Shown here in pieces: positions 44,019-57,346 of a stretch of 64,000 nt of DNA (positions are counted from its first letter, which is position 1; each line of letters starts with the position of its first letter). The notes beneath the pieces are model-generated. The model ran no database searches and was not told where the DNA came from. It was given only the letters and a program-made list of their open reading frames with translations. Source of the DNA: Hyaloraphidium curvatum SAG 235-1 (taxonomy: Eukaryota; Fungi; Monoblepharomycota); assembly GCA_025558095.1 (NCBI GenBank), contig JAIVFI010000013.1, forward strand, positions 620,001 through 684,000, written 5' to 3'. The position numbers were made by a program, and so were the translations under genes.

Positions 44019-46171
44019 CTAGTCCTCCTCCATTGGAATGTAGCCCATCCGCGTCTTCACCTTGGCCTCTTCGAACGCGTCCTTCCTCCACAGCAGCGGC
44101 GCCACGTAGTTGTCCTCAAATTTGGCCCACCACGTGGTCCACTTGGAGTGGTCCGAAGACGGCGGCAGGGTCCAAGCGTAGCGGAAGCGCTGCACGGGCG
44201 GGACAGGCTCCGTCTTGCCGGGTTTGGCCGGCTCCAGGATCGTGATCTTGGAATCGGGGTCGTGGGAGGGCTCCTGCGCCGGTACGGGAGGAGCCTCCCC
44301 GCTCGTCTGCAGAATCGAAGGCGGTGCGGGCTTTTCTTCCCCGAGGCCACCTTCCGCAGGGGCACCACCCTCCGACACCTTGTCCGCCTCGTCATCCACC
44401 GCAGCAAGTCGGGCGACGACGCGTGGGTTCGCCGCCATCAGGTCGTCCGTCCCCACCCGGGCGGTCGCCTCCGGATTGATCCCCAGCAGCTGCTCCAGGT
44501 CCCAAACCCACCGCCACGGCGTCCGCGCGTCCGGCTTCCGGGACGTGCGTGCCAAAGTGAGCGCCTTGGCGACGATGGGGTGCGTTGGTGCGTAGTTCAG
44601 GCCGAGGAGGGAGATAGCGCGGGCCGTGCCGCCGCCCCAAAGGAGAACGGACATGAAGATCACGATGATGGTGGATCCGAGGGCGAGCATGCGGAAGGAT
44701 TCCTGGCGGGGGCGGGGGAGGGGGGGGGGGGGGGACGGGGCGGCGATCAGCAGGAGATGATTTGAAGCAGAACGGGTTTGAGACAAACGGAAAACTGCTC
44801 CGACTCGGAGAGCTCGAGCGCGAGCAGGAAAGCGACGCCCCCGCGCAGACCGGCGTACCTGTCGACAGACGCAGTCAACACCAATTTGCCGCAGCTTGCG
44901 GCCACACCGACCACATGAAGACCTGCGACTTCCAGTTGAACCGGTGCCCCTTCTTCCTGAAGAGGTTGGAGAGCGGGACAAAGAGCACCACCACGACCGC
45001 CCTGGCCACGAGGATGGCGAACTCAGTGCCGAAGATCCACGCGGCGTCGTAGGTGCTCCTTGTTCGCGACAGGCCGCCGATGGCGTAGCCCAGGTAGACG
45101 AAGAGGATCGTCTCCATGAAGCCCGCGAACGCGCGGAGCACTCTTTCCGAGACGAAGATCGTCAGTCGAAACGCAAATCGAAACGCAAACCAGGACAGGC
45201 TCGAACGCACTGTTCCATCATGTGGAAGCCCTTGATTGTCATGTTCGGGACCACGTGGTGCTTGACAAAGATGCCTCCAAAAGTGAGCGTGATTATGCCC
45301 GACAGCGTGAAGAACTCGCTGAAAATGAACGAGGCGTAGGCGAGCCCGAGCACGACGACCGTCTCGTGCACCGCCCCCCTGGATTCGAAATCGGCGAACT
45401 TGAGGAACAGGCAGGTGACGATCCCAAAAATGACTCCGACGATGATGGCGAGTATAAAAGCGAGGATGACCTGGCCGATGGCGATGCCGATGGTGGTACC
45501 GTCGATGACCGCGCCGGGCTCGGAAAAGGACTTCATGAGGCGAAACCTGGGCAGAGAGTGAGACGGTGCCGCTCGCTGCGGGCGCAAGAAGCCCACATGA
45601 TGATGCCCGTGGCGTCGTTGAGCGCCGACTCGCCGAAGATGACCTCGTTCAGGTCCGGGTCGATGGGGATCGCCTGGAAGGTCGCCAGCACGCTGACGGG
45701 GTCCGTGGCGCCCAGAACGCTCCCGAACGTGAGCGCGTCCAGGAACGATATGCGCCCGGGGCCGAGGAGGCCGTATAGGATCCCTGCCGAGGCAAAGATC
45801 CCGACCGCGATGCCCGGCAGCGCGAGGAGGAAGATGGCGGGGAAGTTCTTCTTGAAAAGGTGGCGGTCTATCGAGAGGCCGCCCTCGAAGATGATTGGGG
45901 GCAGGATCACGTTGAAGAAGAGGTACGGGCTGAGCACGAGGGCTTGCTCGAGGGACTGGTTGGCGAAGACGATGATGAGGCCGAAGATAATGCCGATAAT
46001 GACGGCAATCGACGTGTCCTGGAGGAAGAGCCAGTTGCGCTTCCACGTCTGCAGCGCGAGCGCCATGGAGATGACGGCCACGCTGATGGCCAGGAACGCC
46101 GAGAGCTGGTAGAAACGTTCGGGATCATAGGTCGGTCCCGTCTGGTTGTCGCTCTCCGCCGAAGTGGACAT
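44019..46171 (-). CDS. CPA1 Na+/H+ exchanger (NHX1/NHE8-like), 5 exons
   Basis: FFNVILPPIIFEGG, ATDPVSVLA, FGESALNDA, LSGII, ETILFVYLG, YAGLRGGVAF. Confidence 0.93.
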
Positions 46172-46702
46172 CTCGAGCGACGGCGGGGTTTCAGACCGGG
46201 AGGACGCGGAAGGAGACGCGGCCGCGGGTCGGCACGAGCGCCCCGAACGCGGCGCGGGTTTCGGCTCTGCGGAACCGCTTCCCGGACGCTAAACGCGCCC
46301 GGCCCGCACGAGCTGCGAGGGCGTCATGGGATGGCGACGGGTGTCAGGGCTTGAGCGGCGACCCAATCGCACAGCCGCCCGAATCACCGCGCCTGACGAG
46401 ACGATCGGGGGAGCCTCGACGGCCTTCGGTTCGAAAAAACAGCGTAAACGAAACGCTTTTGCTATCTATTGGACGGCTTTCGCTTTCGCGGTTCTGGACG
46501 CGTTCGAACGTAGGAGTGAGACTGCCCTCGGATCCTCGAACCGGCCGCCCGGATTACGATGTCCGAGCCGAATGTCCATGATTCGGAAGCATCTCCACGC
46601 TTCGAATCATCCAGACTTCCCTCTATATCTGGGCGGGCCACCCCAGCGATCGCAAGGCTGCCCACGCACGGCCGGTGGCGCGATCGCCGCTCCAAACGGC
46701 AC

Positions 46703-48383
46703 ATGCCTCCCCCCTTCCGGCCACTCTCTCGTCCCCTCCTCCGCCTCCTTCTCCGCCGCGGCATGGCCCCCGCACAGACATACTCCTCCCTCGTCTCCCC
46801 GCGGGTCCGTTCCCCCTTCCTCTGCCCCCCATGCCGCGGCTGACGCCCTGCGCAGGGTTCCCGCAAGGTGCTTGACAACTTCGACCCCGTCGGCACCGTC
46901 TTCTCCGAGTTCACGGGCATGGCGATCAAGCACGGCGCCGTCAACCTCGGGCAGGGGTTCCCGACCGTGGGGGTGCCGCAGTTCGTCAGGGACGCGGCGG
47001 TGGGGAGCGTCGAGGCGGACACGCTGCTGCACCAGTACGCGCGGAGCGAGGGGAACCCCGAGCTGGTCAAGGGTGGGGGTCACAGGCGCCGTGGAGGTGC
47101 CGGCACAGGCTGACGACGCGTTTCGACAGCGCTCGCGCGGTTCTACGCCGACAAGCTCCCCCCCCTCGACCCCATGTCCGAAATCATCACCACCGTCGGC
47201 GCCACCGAGGCCATCTTCTCCACCCTAATGGCCTTTGTCTCCCCCGGCGACCGCGTGGTGCTGATGAGCCCGCACTACGACAGCTACCCCGCCAGCGTGA
47301 TCATGGCGGGCGGGGAGCCGGCGTTCGTGAGGATGAGGCCAAAGGTCGAGGCGCCGCGGACCAGCGATGAGTGGGAGGTGGATTGGGAGCAGCTGGAGGG
47401 GATGCTGGAGGAGGATAGGAGGGAGGGCGAGAAGACGGGGAGAAGACGGATAAGGGTGATGATGGTCAACAACCCGCACAACCCTCTCGGTGGGTTTCCT
47501 GGCTTGCCGTGCCCCAATTCGGGCGCTGATCCCACTGTCTATTCTAGGCAAGGTCTGGACCCGCCCAGAGCTCGAGCGCCTAGCCTCCCTCTGCGTCTCC
47601 CACGACCTCCTGCTGATCAGCGACGACGTCTACGAGGCCCTCGTCTACTCCGACTCGCCCGGCCCGATGGTCAAGGCCGCTTCGTTGCCGGGCATGTGGG
47701 AGCGCACGGTGTCGCTGGGGAGCATCGGCAAGACGTTCGGCGTGACGGGGTGGAAGATCGGGTGGGCGGTCGGGCCCAAGGAGCTGATCAGGACGATATG
47801 GCTGGTGCACCAGGTGGGTTTGCTGCCGTGCTGTCAAGGGAGGGTGTTGATGGGCGGTGAAGTGGGTCCCGTTCGCGATCGTGAACCCGCTGCAGGAGGC
47901 CTCGGCGCGCGCCTTCAACAAGGCGCTCGACGAGGGGTTCCTCCCCCGCCAGGCGGCGCAGTACGAATCCCTGCGCGACCAGCTCGCGGCGATGCTCCGC
48001 ACCGCGGGGCTGGAACCCTGCGTCCCGCACGGGGGCTACTTCATCATGGCCTCCACCGAGACGCTGCGCGACCCGGCCGAGGTGGAGCCGTGGGCGTCCA
48101 TGGACGAGTACCAATCGGAGGCGAGGCGGGATTTCAGGATCGCGAGGTGGATGACCAAGGAGGCGGGGGTGACGGCGATCCCGCCGAGCCCGTTCGTGGA
48201 CAAGGAGGACGGGGAGGCGGGGAGGGAGATGGGGCGGTGGGTGCGGTTCGCGTTCTGCAAGGAGTGGGTTGCCCGTGCCGTTCGGTTTCTAGTTCGCGGC
48301 CTGATTCGTGGGATGGCAGCGCAAAGATGATCGACGAGGCGGGGAAGCGGCTGCTGGAGCACCTGCCCAAGTTGAGGCGGTAA
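46703..48383 (+). CDS. Kynurenine/glutamine aminotransferase (BNA3/KAT-like, PLP class I/II) with possible mitochondrial presequence, 6 exons
   Basis: AVNLGQGFP, HQYAR, TVGATEA, NNPHNPLG|KV, ISDDVY, GSIGKTFGVTGWKIGW, GGYF, VRFAFCK. Confidence 0.93.
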
Positions 48384-48986
48384 CCGGCGGCGGAAGGCGG
48401 CGGATCGGACCGGGGGTCCGCCAATAGACGCGAAAGGGGCGCCTGCCGTGTTCTGCCGCCTGCTTCCGTCACGTCTTGGGCCCCTTCGTTGTCATTTTCC
48501 GGGGGAGGCGGCAGGAGCGCCTTCGCTACTTATGACGTCCGAGGCTGCCTCCCGGGCCCATTTCGCGCGGATGGTGCCCGGAAAAATCGCAAACTTCTTC
48601 CGACAGAGTGCCATGCCGTCCGGCATTGGCCGATTCGGAGGCGGAGGGTCCCGGATACGGATGGGGATCCGGATCGGCGCTGTGCGGTGGCGCGTCACGT
48701 GAGAAGGGGGAGTCAGGGGGGCGTTCCGGGCCAATTTCCCTCGGCAGGCCGAAGCTCGACCGAAGCAAGCTCTGCGGCAAGTCGGACGGTGGGGATCGGC
48801 GGGATTCATTGCCCGGCGGGGTCCGGGGGCCCGGCGCCTCGGGCAAAGGTTGTGATGCTGCTTGTTGCGTTCGCCGATTGCGCGCGCCCCCCACGGCCGC
48901 CTTGGCTCCCCCACCTGCCGGCCCGCGGCACGGGATGACGCCCGCACGCGTCTGAGGGCGCGTCTCGTCTCAGAGGAGAGGGCGGG

Positions 48987-51900
48987 ATGAGCGGCGCGGG
49001 CGGCGGCAACGGGGGCGCGGCCGGGCAGTTTGCCGGGCTGCGGGGCGCCCACGGCGCGAACAAGCAGGCGCTCGCGAACGCGGCGGCGGCGGTCGAGCAG
49101 ATGGGCGGCGTCGGCGGGCTGGGCGGGCTGGGGATGGGCGCGCAGGCGCAGTTTGCGCAGATGGGCGCGTTCGACCCGGCGCTGCTGGCGGGGCTGCACG
49201 GCCTGCAGGGCGTGCCCGGGCTGGCGGGGCTGCAGGGGCTGCAGGGCCTGGGCGGCCCGCTCGGCGGCGGCAACCAGATGGCCGGCGTGCCGGCGGGCGC
49301 CCTGCACGCCCCCGCCGGCCCCGCCTCGCTCAACCCGCTGGTGCTGCAGCAGCACCAGCAGCACAGGCAGATGCAGGCCGCGCAGCAGCAGCACCAGGCC
49401 GCACAGCACGCAGCACTGCGCCAGCAGCAGGCGGCCGCCATGGGCTCCGTGCCCGGCATGCAGTCGCCCAACCAGCAGATGCTCAGCGCGCTCATGGGCG
49501 CCGGCGCCGGACCCGGCTCGCTGAACCAGACGCTGCTGCAGCAGATGGCCGGCGCCGGCCACGTGCTGGACCCGCAGTCGCCCGGCTCGAGCGCCTTCAA
49601 GGACACGGTGCGGCGCGAGCTGCAGGCCTCGAACCAGCAGCAGCAGTTTGCCGCCGCCGCCCGCAACAGCCTCCAGGGCGGCTTCGCCGGTCCCGGCGCA
49701 CCGGGGGCGCCGGGCGGACAGGGCGGCCTCATCGGATCCAGCGCCAACGCCGCGGCCTCGTCCCGCGCGGAGCTCATCATTTCGGCCATCAATGTGGACT
49801 CTTCCGGGCAGCAGCAGCACGCGCAGGGACAGAACCCCGGCGGATCCAACGGCCGGCGCCCCTCGGTGCCGCCGGGTCCACCGCCGGGCATGGGCGACTT
49901 CATGTCCCCCGGCCCCGGCCCCGTCCCCTCCCCCTTCCCCAAACCGGCGCAGATGCCCTCCGGCACCGCCACCATCCTCACGCAATCGCAGATGCAGGCG
50001 CTCGCCGACCAGACCCGCGCCAACTTCAACGGCGGCGCACCTCCATCCCCCTTCCCGCCGGGCAGCGAATCCTTCGACCCCACTTCCCCGGCCGGCAACC
50101 CCTCCGTCGCCCAGCAGCACATGCAGCAGATCCGCGCCGCGCAGCAGCGCGAGCGCCAGGAGCAGCAGAACCTCGCCATACGGCAGCAGCTCCTCTCTGC
50201 CTCCTCGCGGTTCGCCGGGCCCGGGGAGCCGCAGCAGCCCGGTGACGGGCTCATGTCCCCGCCCGCGATGCGGCCGGACGAACTGCGCGCGCCCAGCGGC
50301 GGGTCGGTCGGGCCGGCGGGGTACGGCTCGTTCGGGAGGATGGGGCCGCCGCCACCGCAGCAGAGGGGCATCAGCCCCGCGGCGGGGACGCCGCAGATGC
50401 AGCCGGGGCAGGCGGGGGGTGAGGCGCAGGGGAATAGGTACAGGGCGATGTGGGTCTCGCGCGGGCGGCGATCGGTGACCGTTTGCTGATCGCTCTTGCT
50501 CCGTTGACCCTCAGGCTCGACATCCTCATTCACGACTACCTCCGCAAATCGGGCTACACCGCCGCCTCGGCCGCCCTCGTCAATGAATCCGAGTCGATCC
50601 GGAGCACCATGGTCGGCCGCCCAGGGCAACCCGGCCAGCCCGGCGGCGTGCCCCGCCTACCGGACCAAATGGACCTCCCCGACTCGATCCTCCTCGAGTG
50701 GTTCTCGGCCGGATGGGAGCGCTGGTTCGCCCCGCCCCCCGGCGGCTTCCCCGCGCCCTCGCCGCAGCAGTCCCCCGGCACCCTGGCCAACGCCCGCGCC
50801 GCCGCGCTGACGCAGGCGGGCGGCCTCCGTCCCGGCGCCGCCGCGCCTTCCCCCGTCGTCCCGTTCGGCACACCCAACCCCGCCCCAGCAGGCGCGCGCG
50901 CGGACCCCGGCTCCGCCGCCGGCGTCCTCGGCATGCCCCGCGCCTCCCTCAAGGGGGTGATGGACCACCTGGGGCTCAAGGACAAGGACCCGGACCAGCT
51001 CTCGCAGCAGGACATCGAGGCCATCATGCACCGCAGCGCGATGGAGGGGGAAGAAGGGGGGCCGCCATTCAAGAGGCAGAGGACGGAGGAGTTTGAGGGG
51101 TTTGGGGGCAACGGGCAGCAGGTGGGTTCTTTTGCGGCGGGGGCGATGGAAGGGGGCTGGGCTGATTACTTTGTGTGGCAGATGAGGGGTGGAGTGGGGC
51201 AGATGAGCCCGATGGCGGGGTTCCAGCAGATGCTCGCGCAGGTGGGTGGAAGGCGCGAGCGAAGTTCGGCGTGATTGTGACCTTTCTACCCACAGAACGA
51301 CCTCCAATCGCCACCCGGTTCCGTGCCCCAGACGGCGCAGGACATCCTCGGCGCGCTCGGCGGCATCAGCGGCACCCCGCCCGCGGCCCGCGAGTCCGCG
51401 CAGATCGCCCGGCACGCGCAGGCCGCCCAACGCCGCGCCGCCGGCCTTTCCGGGCTCCCCGGCGCCGGTTATCAACCCCAAGGTTTGCCGCCCGGATTCC
51501 CTGGCACCTCGACGGGGTCCATGGGCAGCCCGCTCGGGGTCGGCGCGCGCCCGCCGACGCCGGGGAGCGGGCAGCTCGAGAGCCCGGACGTGGCGAGGGC
51601 GGTGCCGGGGCAGCAGATGCCGGGGGCGACTGTGCAGGCGCAGCTGAGGCAGCAGCAGGTTCGTTCTTCGCGCGTGAATTGTCTTTTGGAAGGATGCTGA
51701 TGGCATTCGGGCCGCGCAGCTCATTATGATACAGCAGCAGCAGGCCGGCGGGTTCCAGCAGCCCGGCGGCTCGCGCTCCTTCACCGGCGAGTCGCCGGCT
51801 TCGGCCAAGTCCCCCGCCGAGTCGAACGCGCCGTCGAGCGGGACCCGCGGCGGCAAGCGCAGGGCCGCCGCCGAGGGGTCGCCGCCCTCGGAATCGCCGC

Positions 51901-54177
51901 AGGCGGGAAAGAAGGGCAGGAAGCCGCCGGCAAACAGGGAGGCGCCGCCGAGCCCGAAGAGGAAGGCGCCGGCGAGGACGCGGAACGTGGGTGGCGCTGG
52001 ATCGCACGGCAGGGTGAAGCTGACCTAGACGTTCTGGTTCCGCTTCCGTTTGGCACCCACAGCGCCGCAATTCGGTCAAAACCGAGGACGAGTCCGAGAA
52101 CGAGGGCGACGCCGACGCGGACGGCGAGGGTGACCAGCAGGGCGAGGACAGCGGTTTCGGCAGCCAGCAGCAGCAGCAGCAGCAGCCCCCGCCGCAGCAG
52201 CCGCCGATGACCATGCGGCCGCAGGACATCCAGCAGAGCCTTCTCTACGGTCAGTTCCAGCCCAACGTCGGCCAGCAGTTCCAGAACGCCGGCCAGCAGT
52301 TCCAGAACGCCATGCAGATGATGCGCAACCCCGCCGGCATGGCCGACCCCATGACCATGGCCTTTGGCGGCCCGCGACCGCCGTCGGACGACCTCGGCAT
52401 GTCGGGCTTCGCCAACGCCAACGGCGGGCGGCTGCCCGAGAACGCCAATTTTGACGAGCTTAGCAGCTGGCTGACCAATAACGGCGAGACCGAGAACCTC
52501 AACGCGGGCTGGAACCGGTCCAACGGCGGCAACCAGGTGGACTACGGTATGGGCGCGCTCAGCGCGGAGCTGTTCCACCAGTCCGGGCGGCTCGGGCCCG
52601 GGGAAGAAAACATGATCGTGGACGTGGGGAGCGTGTCGGACCTTTCGAGCGGGCTGATCAAGGGCGGCCGCATAAGCCCCGAGCTCGGCGGGCCCGGCGA
52701 ACCTGAAGCGGGATCAGACGGGCCCGCGCGCCTCGTCGCCTCGCTCAAAGCGCACTCGCAAAAGGTATCGGCGTGCGCGTTCGACTTTGCCGGCCGGGTG
52801 CTGGCCAGCGGCGGCCACGACCGCAAGGTGGCCGTGTGGGACGTGCGCCCGGACGCGGACATGGCGGCGCCCATCTGGACGCTCGACGGGCACACGAATC
52901 AGGTCAACTGCGCGCGGTTTTCGAACGTCTGCATGGTGCTCAGGAACGGCGCTCCGATGCCGTCTTCGAGTTCGCGGGCGGCCATCTCGGGCATGCCGGT
53001 GCTCCTGGCCACGGGCAGCATGGACAAGACGGTCAGGATCCACATCGTGCAGGGACTCCTTCCCGACCGCGTTTCGCTCGAGGCCGAGCTCGGTGCTCCC
53101 TTCCTTCGGTCCTTCTCGGAGCACAAGGCGAGCGTGACCTCGGTCGACTTTTGCCCGATTGCCATCGCCGGTGCCGACGGGCTCGAGGTGGAGTTGCCGC
53201 TTGACGGGACGACCGCGCGGATCGACGTGCTCTGCGCATCGGTCGACGGCGATGGCGAGGTCAAGCTCTGGAGCGCCGTCACGGGCCGCGTCGAAAAGAG
53301 CATCCTGCTCCCGCTCCGGGCGGCTTACGCGACCAACTGTGTCCGCTTCCGCCCCGCGTCGCACTGGGTTCCCCCCGGGACCGGGTCGAGGGCGGGCAAG
53401 GGCGGACCCAAGGGCATCCTTGCCACCGTCGCTTGCGCCGTCGCGAACCAGCTGAACCTCATCGAGCTCGCCCTCCCTTCGAGCCAAACGGACTCGCCGC
53501 TGAGCAACGCGGCTTCGCCAAAGACGGTCAACCACCGCAACGTCGGCGCGGCGTCCGTATCGGGGCACACGGGGGTCACCTTTTCTTCCGGGGACGACGA
53601 GTACAGCATCCGTATCTATTCGACGCCGCACGCCAAGAACATCAACTCGGTCGACTGGTCCAACGACGGGTCGTACCTCGTGACGGCGAGCGAGGACGTC
53701 GTCTGCGTGTGGGAGGTCGGTACGGCGGGGATGCCGGACTCGGGCTGCACGGTGGCGTTCCAGATCCCCCTGTCGACGGGCAAGATCGCCAGCTGCGTGA
53801 TCCTCCAGGACGCTGCCCGCGCGGGCCTGCCGTCGACGGCTGCCGACGAGCCGGCGACGCCCAGCTCGCCGACCAGGGCGCGCAGCCGGCCGCCCCGCAT
53901 CGCCTTTGGGGACTACGACAGGTTCTACATCTGGAACCCGCCTTCCGCGGGCTCTTCGGCCGCCTCGCAGGCCGTCGTGCCGTCGGTGCAATCCGGCAAC
54001 ATCGGCTGCCTCGCGAGCGTGGGCGCATGGGACGGGACGGTCAAGGCGGATCCCGTGACGGTGGACGAAAACCCGCACCTCCTGCACCAGGAACCGCGGG
54101 ACATCTTGCTCGCTGCGGGGAGCTCGGCGAGGGAGGACAACCTGAAGCTGTGGTCGGTGCAGCAGCGGGACGCTTGA
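48987..54177 (+). CDS. LEUNIG-like transcriptional co-repressor: Q-rich regions + LisH/LUFS domain + C-terminal WD40 propeller, ~6 exons
   Basis: LDILIHDYLRKSGYTAASAALVNES...DLPDSILLEWFSAGWERW (LUFS); WD40 LASGGHDRKVAVWD, LATGSMDKTVRI, HKASVTSVDFCP, HAKNINSVDW...LVTASEDVVCVW. Confidence 0.85.
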
Positions 54178-54528
54178 GTAGTGAGGGCGGGAACTATGTC
54201 GACTGGAAGGCAGGCTGCGAGGGGGCGCTGAAGGCGAAGGCCGTGGGCGGTGCCGTGACTGGTGGTGGACATCGCTAGCTTTATCGAGTTATCTTGTTGG
54301 GGATTGAGAAGAAGCTGAAGTTGGGACTCGAAATGTTCAATGAACAAAGCGGATGCTCTCGGGAAGAGCTAGGAAGGCGTTGGAGCCGGGGAGCGGAAAT
54401 CAATGCTGGTGGGAATTTCCGCAACCGCTCCACAAGGACGTGGCCAGCGCGGTCAAATCCCGACATTTGCCTTACGCGATACGCTTCACGAAGTTCCTGA
54501 CTTCGTGTTGGCACGTAGATGACCTGGA

Positions 54529-56037
54529 ATGGAGCAGCTGCCCGATGGAGCACGGGACGAGGGCGGCGTCTCCCAACCTGAACCTCCGGCCGCGGGCACC
54601 GCTACTAAATCGAATCCCTCGCCAGTAGCCGATGAGGTTGACATCGAGTACAGGGTCTATCCGACGCGCTGGTTCGCGCTGGCTGCCCTGATGCTCCTCA
54701 TGATTTCGAGCTCCACTGCTTGGAACTCGTTCGCACCGGTCGCGGAACGCGCTGCCGAGTACTATGGCACAACGACTGCCACGATCAATTGGATGGCACT
54801 CGACATGTACCTCTGCTTCGTCGTCACGGGCCTCCTTTCTTCGTACATTATCGACACTCGAGGCCTGAGAGTGGCCTTCCTCATAGCTTCCGTCTTCACC
54901 TGCCTCGGTCTGTGGACGAGGTATCTCGGCACTCTGTCTCCCGATCGCCACACGGCCCTTGCGGTTGGTTTCCTCGGCCAAACACTCTGCGGCCTCGGGC
55001 GGCCCTTTGGCACCGCGAGCACCACCCGCCTTGCCTCGACCTGGTTCGGAATGAGCGAACGGACCTTTGCCAATGCCGTCGCATCGGTGTCACCATCGGC
55101 AGGCGTGCTCCTTGCATCGGCCGCGACGCCGTACATCGTTTCAGAACCTTCCAAAATGCCCACAGCGCTCCTGATTTGGGCGTGCGTGAGCGTCGTTCCG
55201 CTCGTCATGGCCGTTTTCATGCCTGCGAAACCGCCGACCCCACCGAGCCCGTCTGCCAACGTGATGAAGGCTACTACCGCCAGCTCGGTGGAAAAGTGGA
55301 AGATTTCCCTCCGGACCGCGGTGACGAACAAGGACTACATCGTTCTCTGGATCATGATGTCGGGACAGCTGTGTCTCTTCTTCATCTACGTCGTCCTCGT
55401 CTCCTCCGTCATGGGATCGTACGGCTACTCGGCCCAGCAGGCAGGATTTGTCACCGTCGCCGTTATTGCCTGCGGCTGGCTGTCGACGCCCATCGCAAAG
55501 ATCGTGGACCGGACCGGGGGCTGGGTACCGGCCATGCGGGCGCTGCTGATCTTGACGACGGGCGCGTTCGTGGGATTGACGTTGTCGCTGCGACCCGGGC
55601 TGTATCCTGCGATCCTGGTCTGCGCGGGCGTCTTTGGTTTCGTCTCCACGCCCGTGCTGCCCATAGTCTTTGAACTCGGTACGGTGAGCTTACAGCTTCG
55701 CGTTCTCATTCGCTGACGCCCTGCACAAGCCATGGAGTGCACATTTCCCCACCTGCAGCCCGCCATGTCGCAGTACCTCTTCTACTCCGTTGGCTGCCTC
55801 ATCGCCGTGATCGCCGTCCCTCTTCTGGCCAACGTGCAGAACAAGACAATCGTCTTCTGGGTTCTAGTGGGCGTATCTGGGCTCACTGCCTTGCTAGGAT
55901 TGCTTTATCGTGGGAAGACGAAGAGACGGCTTCACGAGACGACGGTTCTGGAGAAGCAGCAGGTGGAGAAGGCCCTTCGGGACCTGAAGGTGGACCAGAA
56001 CAAGGGAGACGAGGGGCCGGAGAGCCATGTAGCTTGA
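54529..56037 (+). CDS. MFS transporter, FLVCR/SLC49-like (2 exons)
   Basis: YRVYPTRWFALAAL, GQTLCGLGRPF, LASTWFGMSERTFAN, KPPTPPSPSA, FELG..ECTFP; about 12 TM. Confidence 0.9.
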
Positions 56038-56074
56038 AAGAGCTCTACATGTCGCTAAGCCCACATGATTTGCC

Positions 56075-57172
56075 TCAAAGCTTCGACTTTGGCTTCTCGT
56101 CGCCGTAGTACTCCCTCTTTTGGTCCTCGGACGCGTCGTCCTCGATCCTGAACCAGACCTCTGAAAACAGGCCTGGTTTGTCCACGAATGAGAACGCAAG
56201 AAGCGCACCGACGCTCACCATTCATCATGGGACGCTCCGATTCCTCCCGGATGTGACCGATCAGGCCCACGGCCCGCGCAAGGACACCGATTCCCCTGCA
56301 GACCTTCCACGGGATGCCCATCTCGGAGAGAATGGCCCCGAGCGCCCCGGTAGCGTTGCACGGCACTGGATAGGTCAGAGAGATGAGCTGATGGAACATA
56401 TACCTCGGCGCTGCCTCCCACTCTGCTTGCCGCTGGCTTCTTCGGCAGCCTTCGAAATCTCCTGCATCAGCTGGACGTACGGGCCGCTGAAACCCGTCTC
56501 CTTCGCGAGCTGGAAAAGACGGGGGGTCCGCGGGTCGATGGGCTTATGGAGAGGGTCTGGCAAAGAAGAACGCGGTCAAATGAGCTCGTCCTGACAACCT
56601 AAAGCACCTACGTCCAATGCCGGGGATTATCTTCTTCTCGGCGCGGAACTCGGCGACGACCTTCTTCGCGAGCGCCTTGAGATCGACCTGGAGCTTGCCC
56701 TCCCTGATCTTCTCAGCATCCGCGAACGGCAGCGCCTCGGTGACCATCTTGGCCGACGTCTCGGTCTGCTCAAGATAAGGACTTGCTCCGTGACCGAGGC
56801 AGAGAGGAAAGAACTCACAGATCCGACAAAGACCGACCCCAAACCCGACAACCCGGCAGCAACGGCGGCCTGCATGGCCTCGGGAGCGCCGATGTAGGTC
56901 ATTCGGGCCGCGATTGCCGACGGGGTCATCCCGTGCTCAACCAGAGTGACACAGCAGGCGTCAAACATGCGGCGCTCGTTCGCGTCCTTCGGGAGCCGGC
57001 CGGTGACCGACAGATGGGCCATATCGGTGAGACTGAAGTTGCCCAGGATGTCCGTGATGTTGTGGCCATAGATGCGGATCGTGCTGGGGTCGCTCCATCC
57101 GAGACGCGTCGCGATGGGCTTCCGCTGCCTCTGGTACGGGTGCGGGGACCCGGAAGGCTTCGAGGACGACAT
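56075..57172 (-). CDS. Citryl-CoA lyase-like / citrate synthase-fold protein of bacterial type with C-terminal PTS1 (-SKL), 5 exons
   Basis: LVEHGMTPSAIAAR, APEAMQAAVAAG, PGIGHPLHKPIDPR, NATGALGA, ARAVGLIGHIREE; spliced end EKPKSKL*. Confidence 0.88.
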
Positions 57173-57346
57173 AAAGGGGGGCAGCAGAGTGCTAAAGTGC
57201 TGGAATAACCGAAAAAGGGGCCGTGGAGACGCGAACGGGAGACGTTGTCGGCTCGATCCCCAATCCCTTCCCCATTCCCGGACCGACGTCTCCCCGGCGA
57301 TTCCGTTTCTTCCCTTTAGGCCAGAACTCCAAAAGACTCGGCCGGC

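Noticed and set aside
44706-44740. Poly-G tract as a functional G-quadruplex or frameshift
   Set aside because: It is the C-rich polypyrimidine tract of an NHX intron on the minus strand; the coding frame is intact
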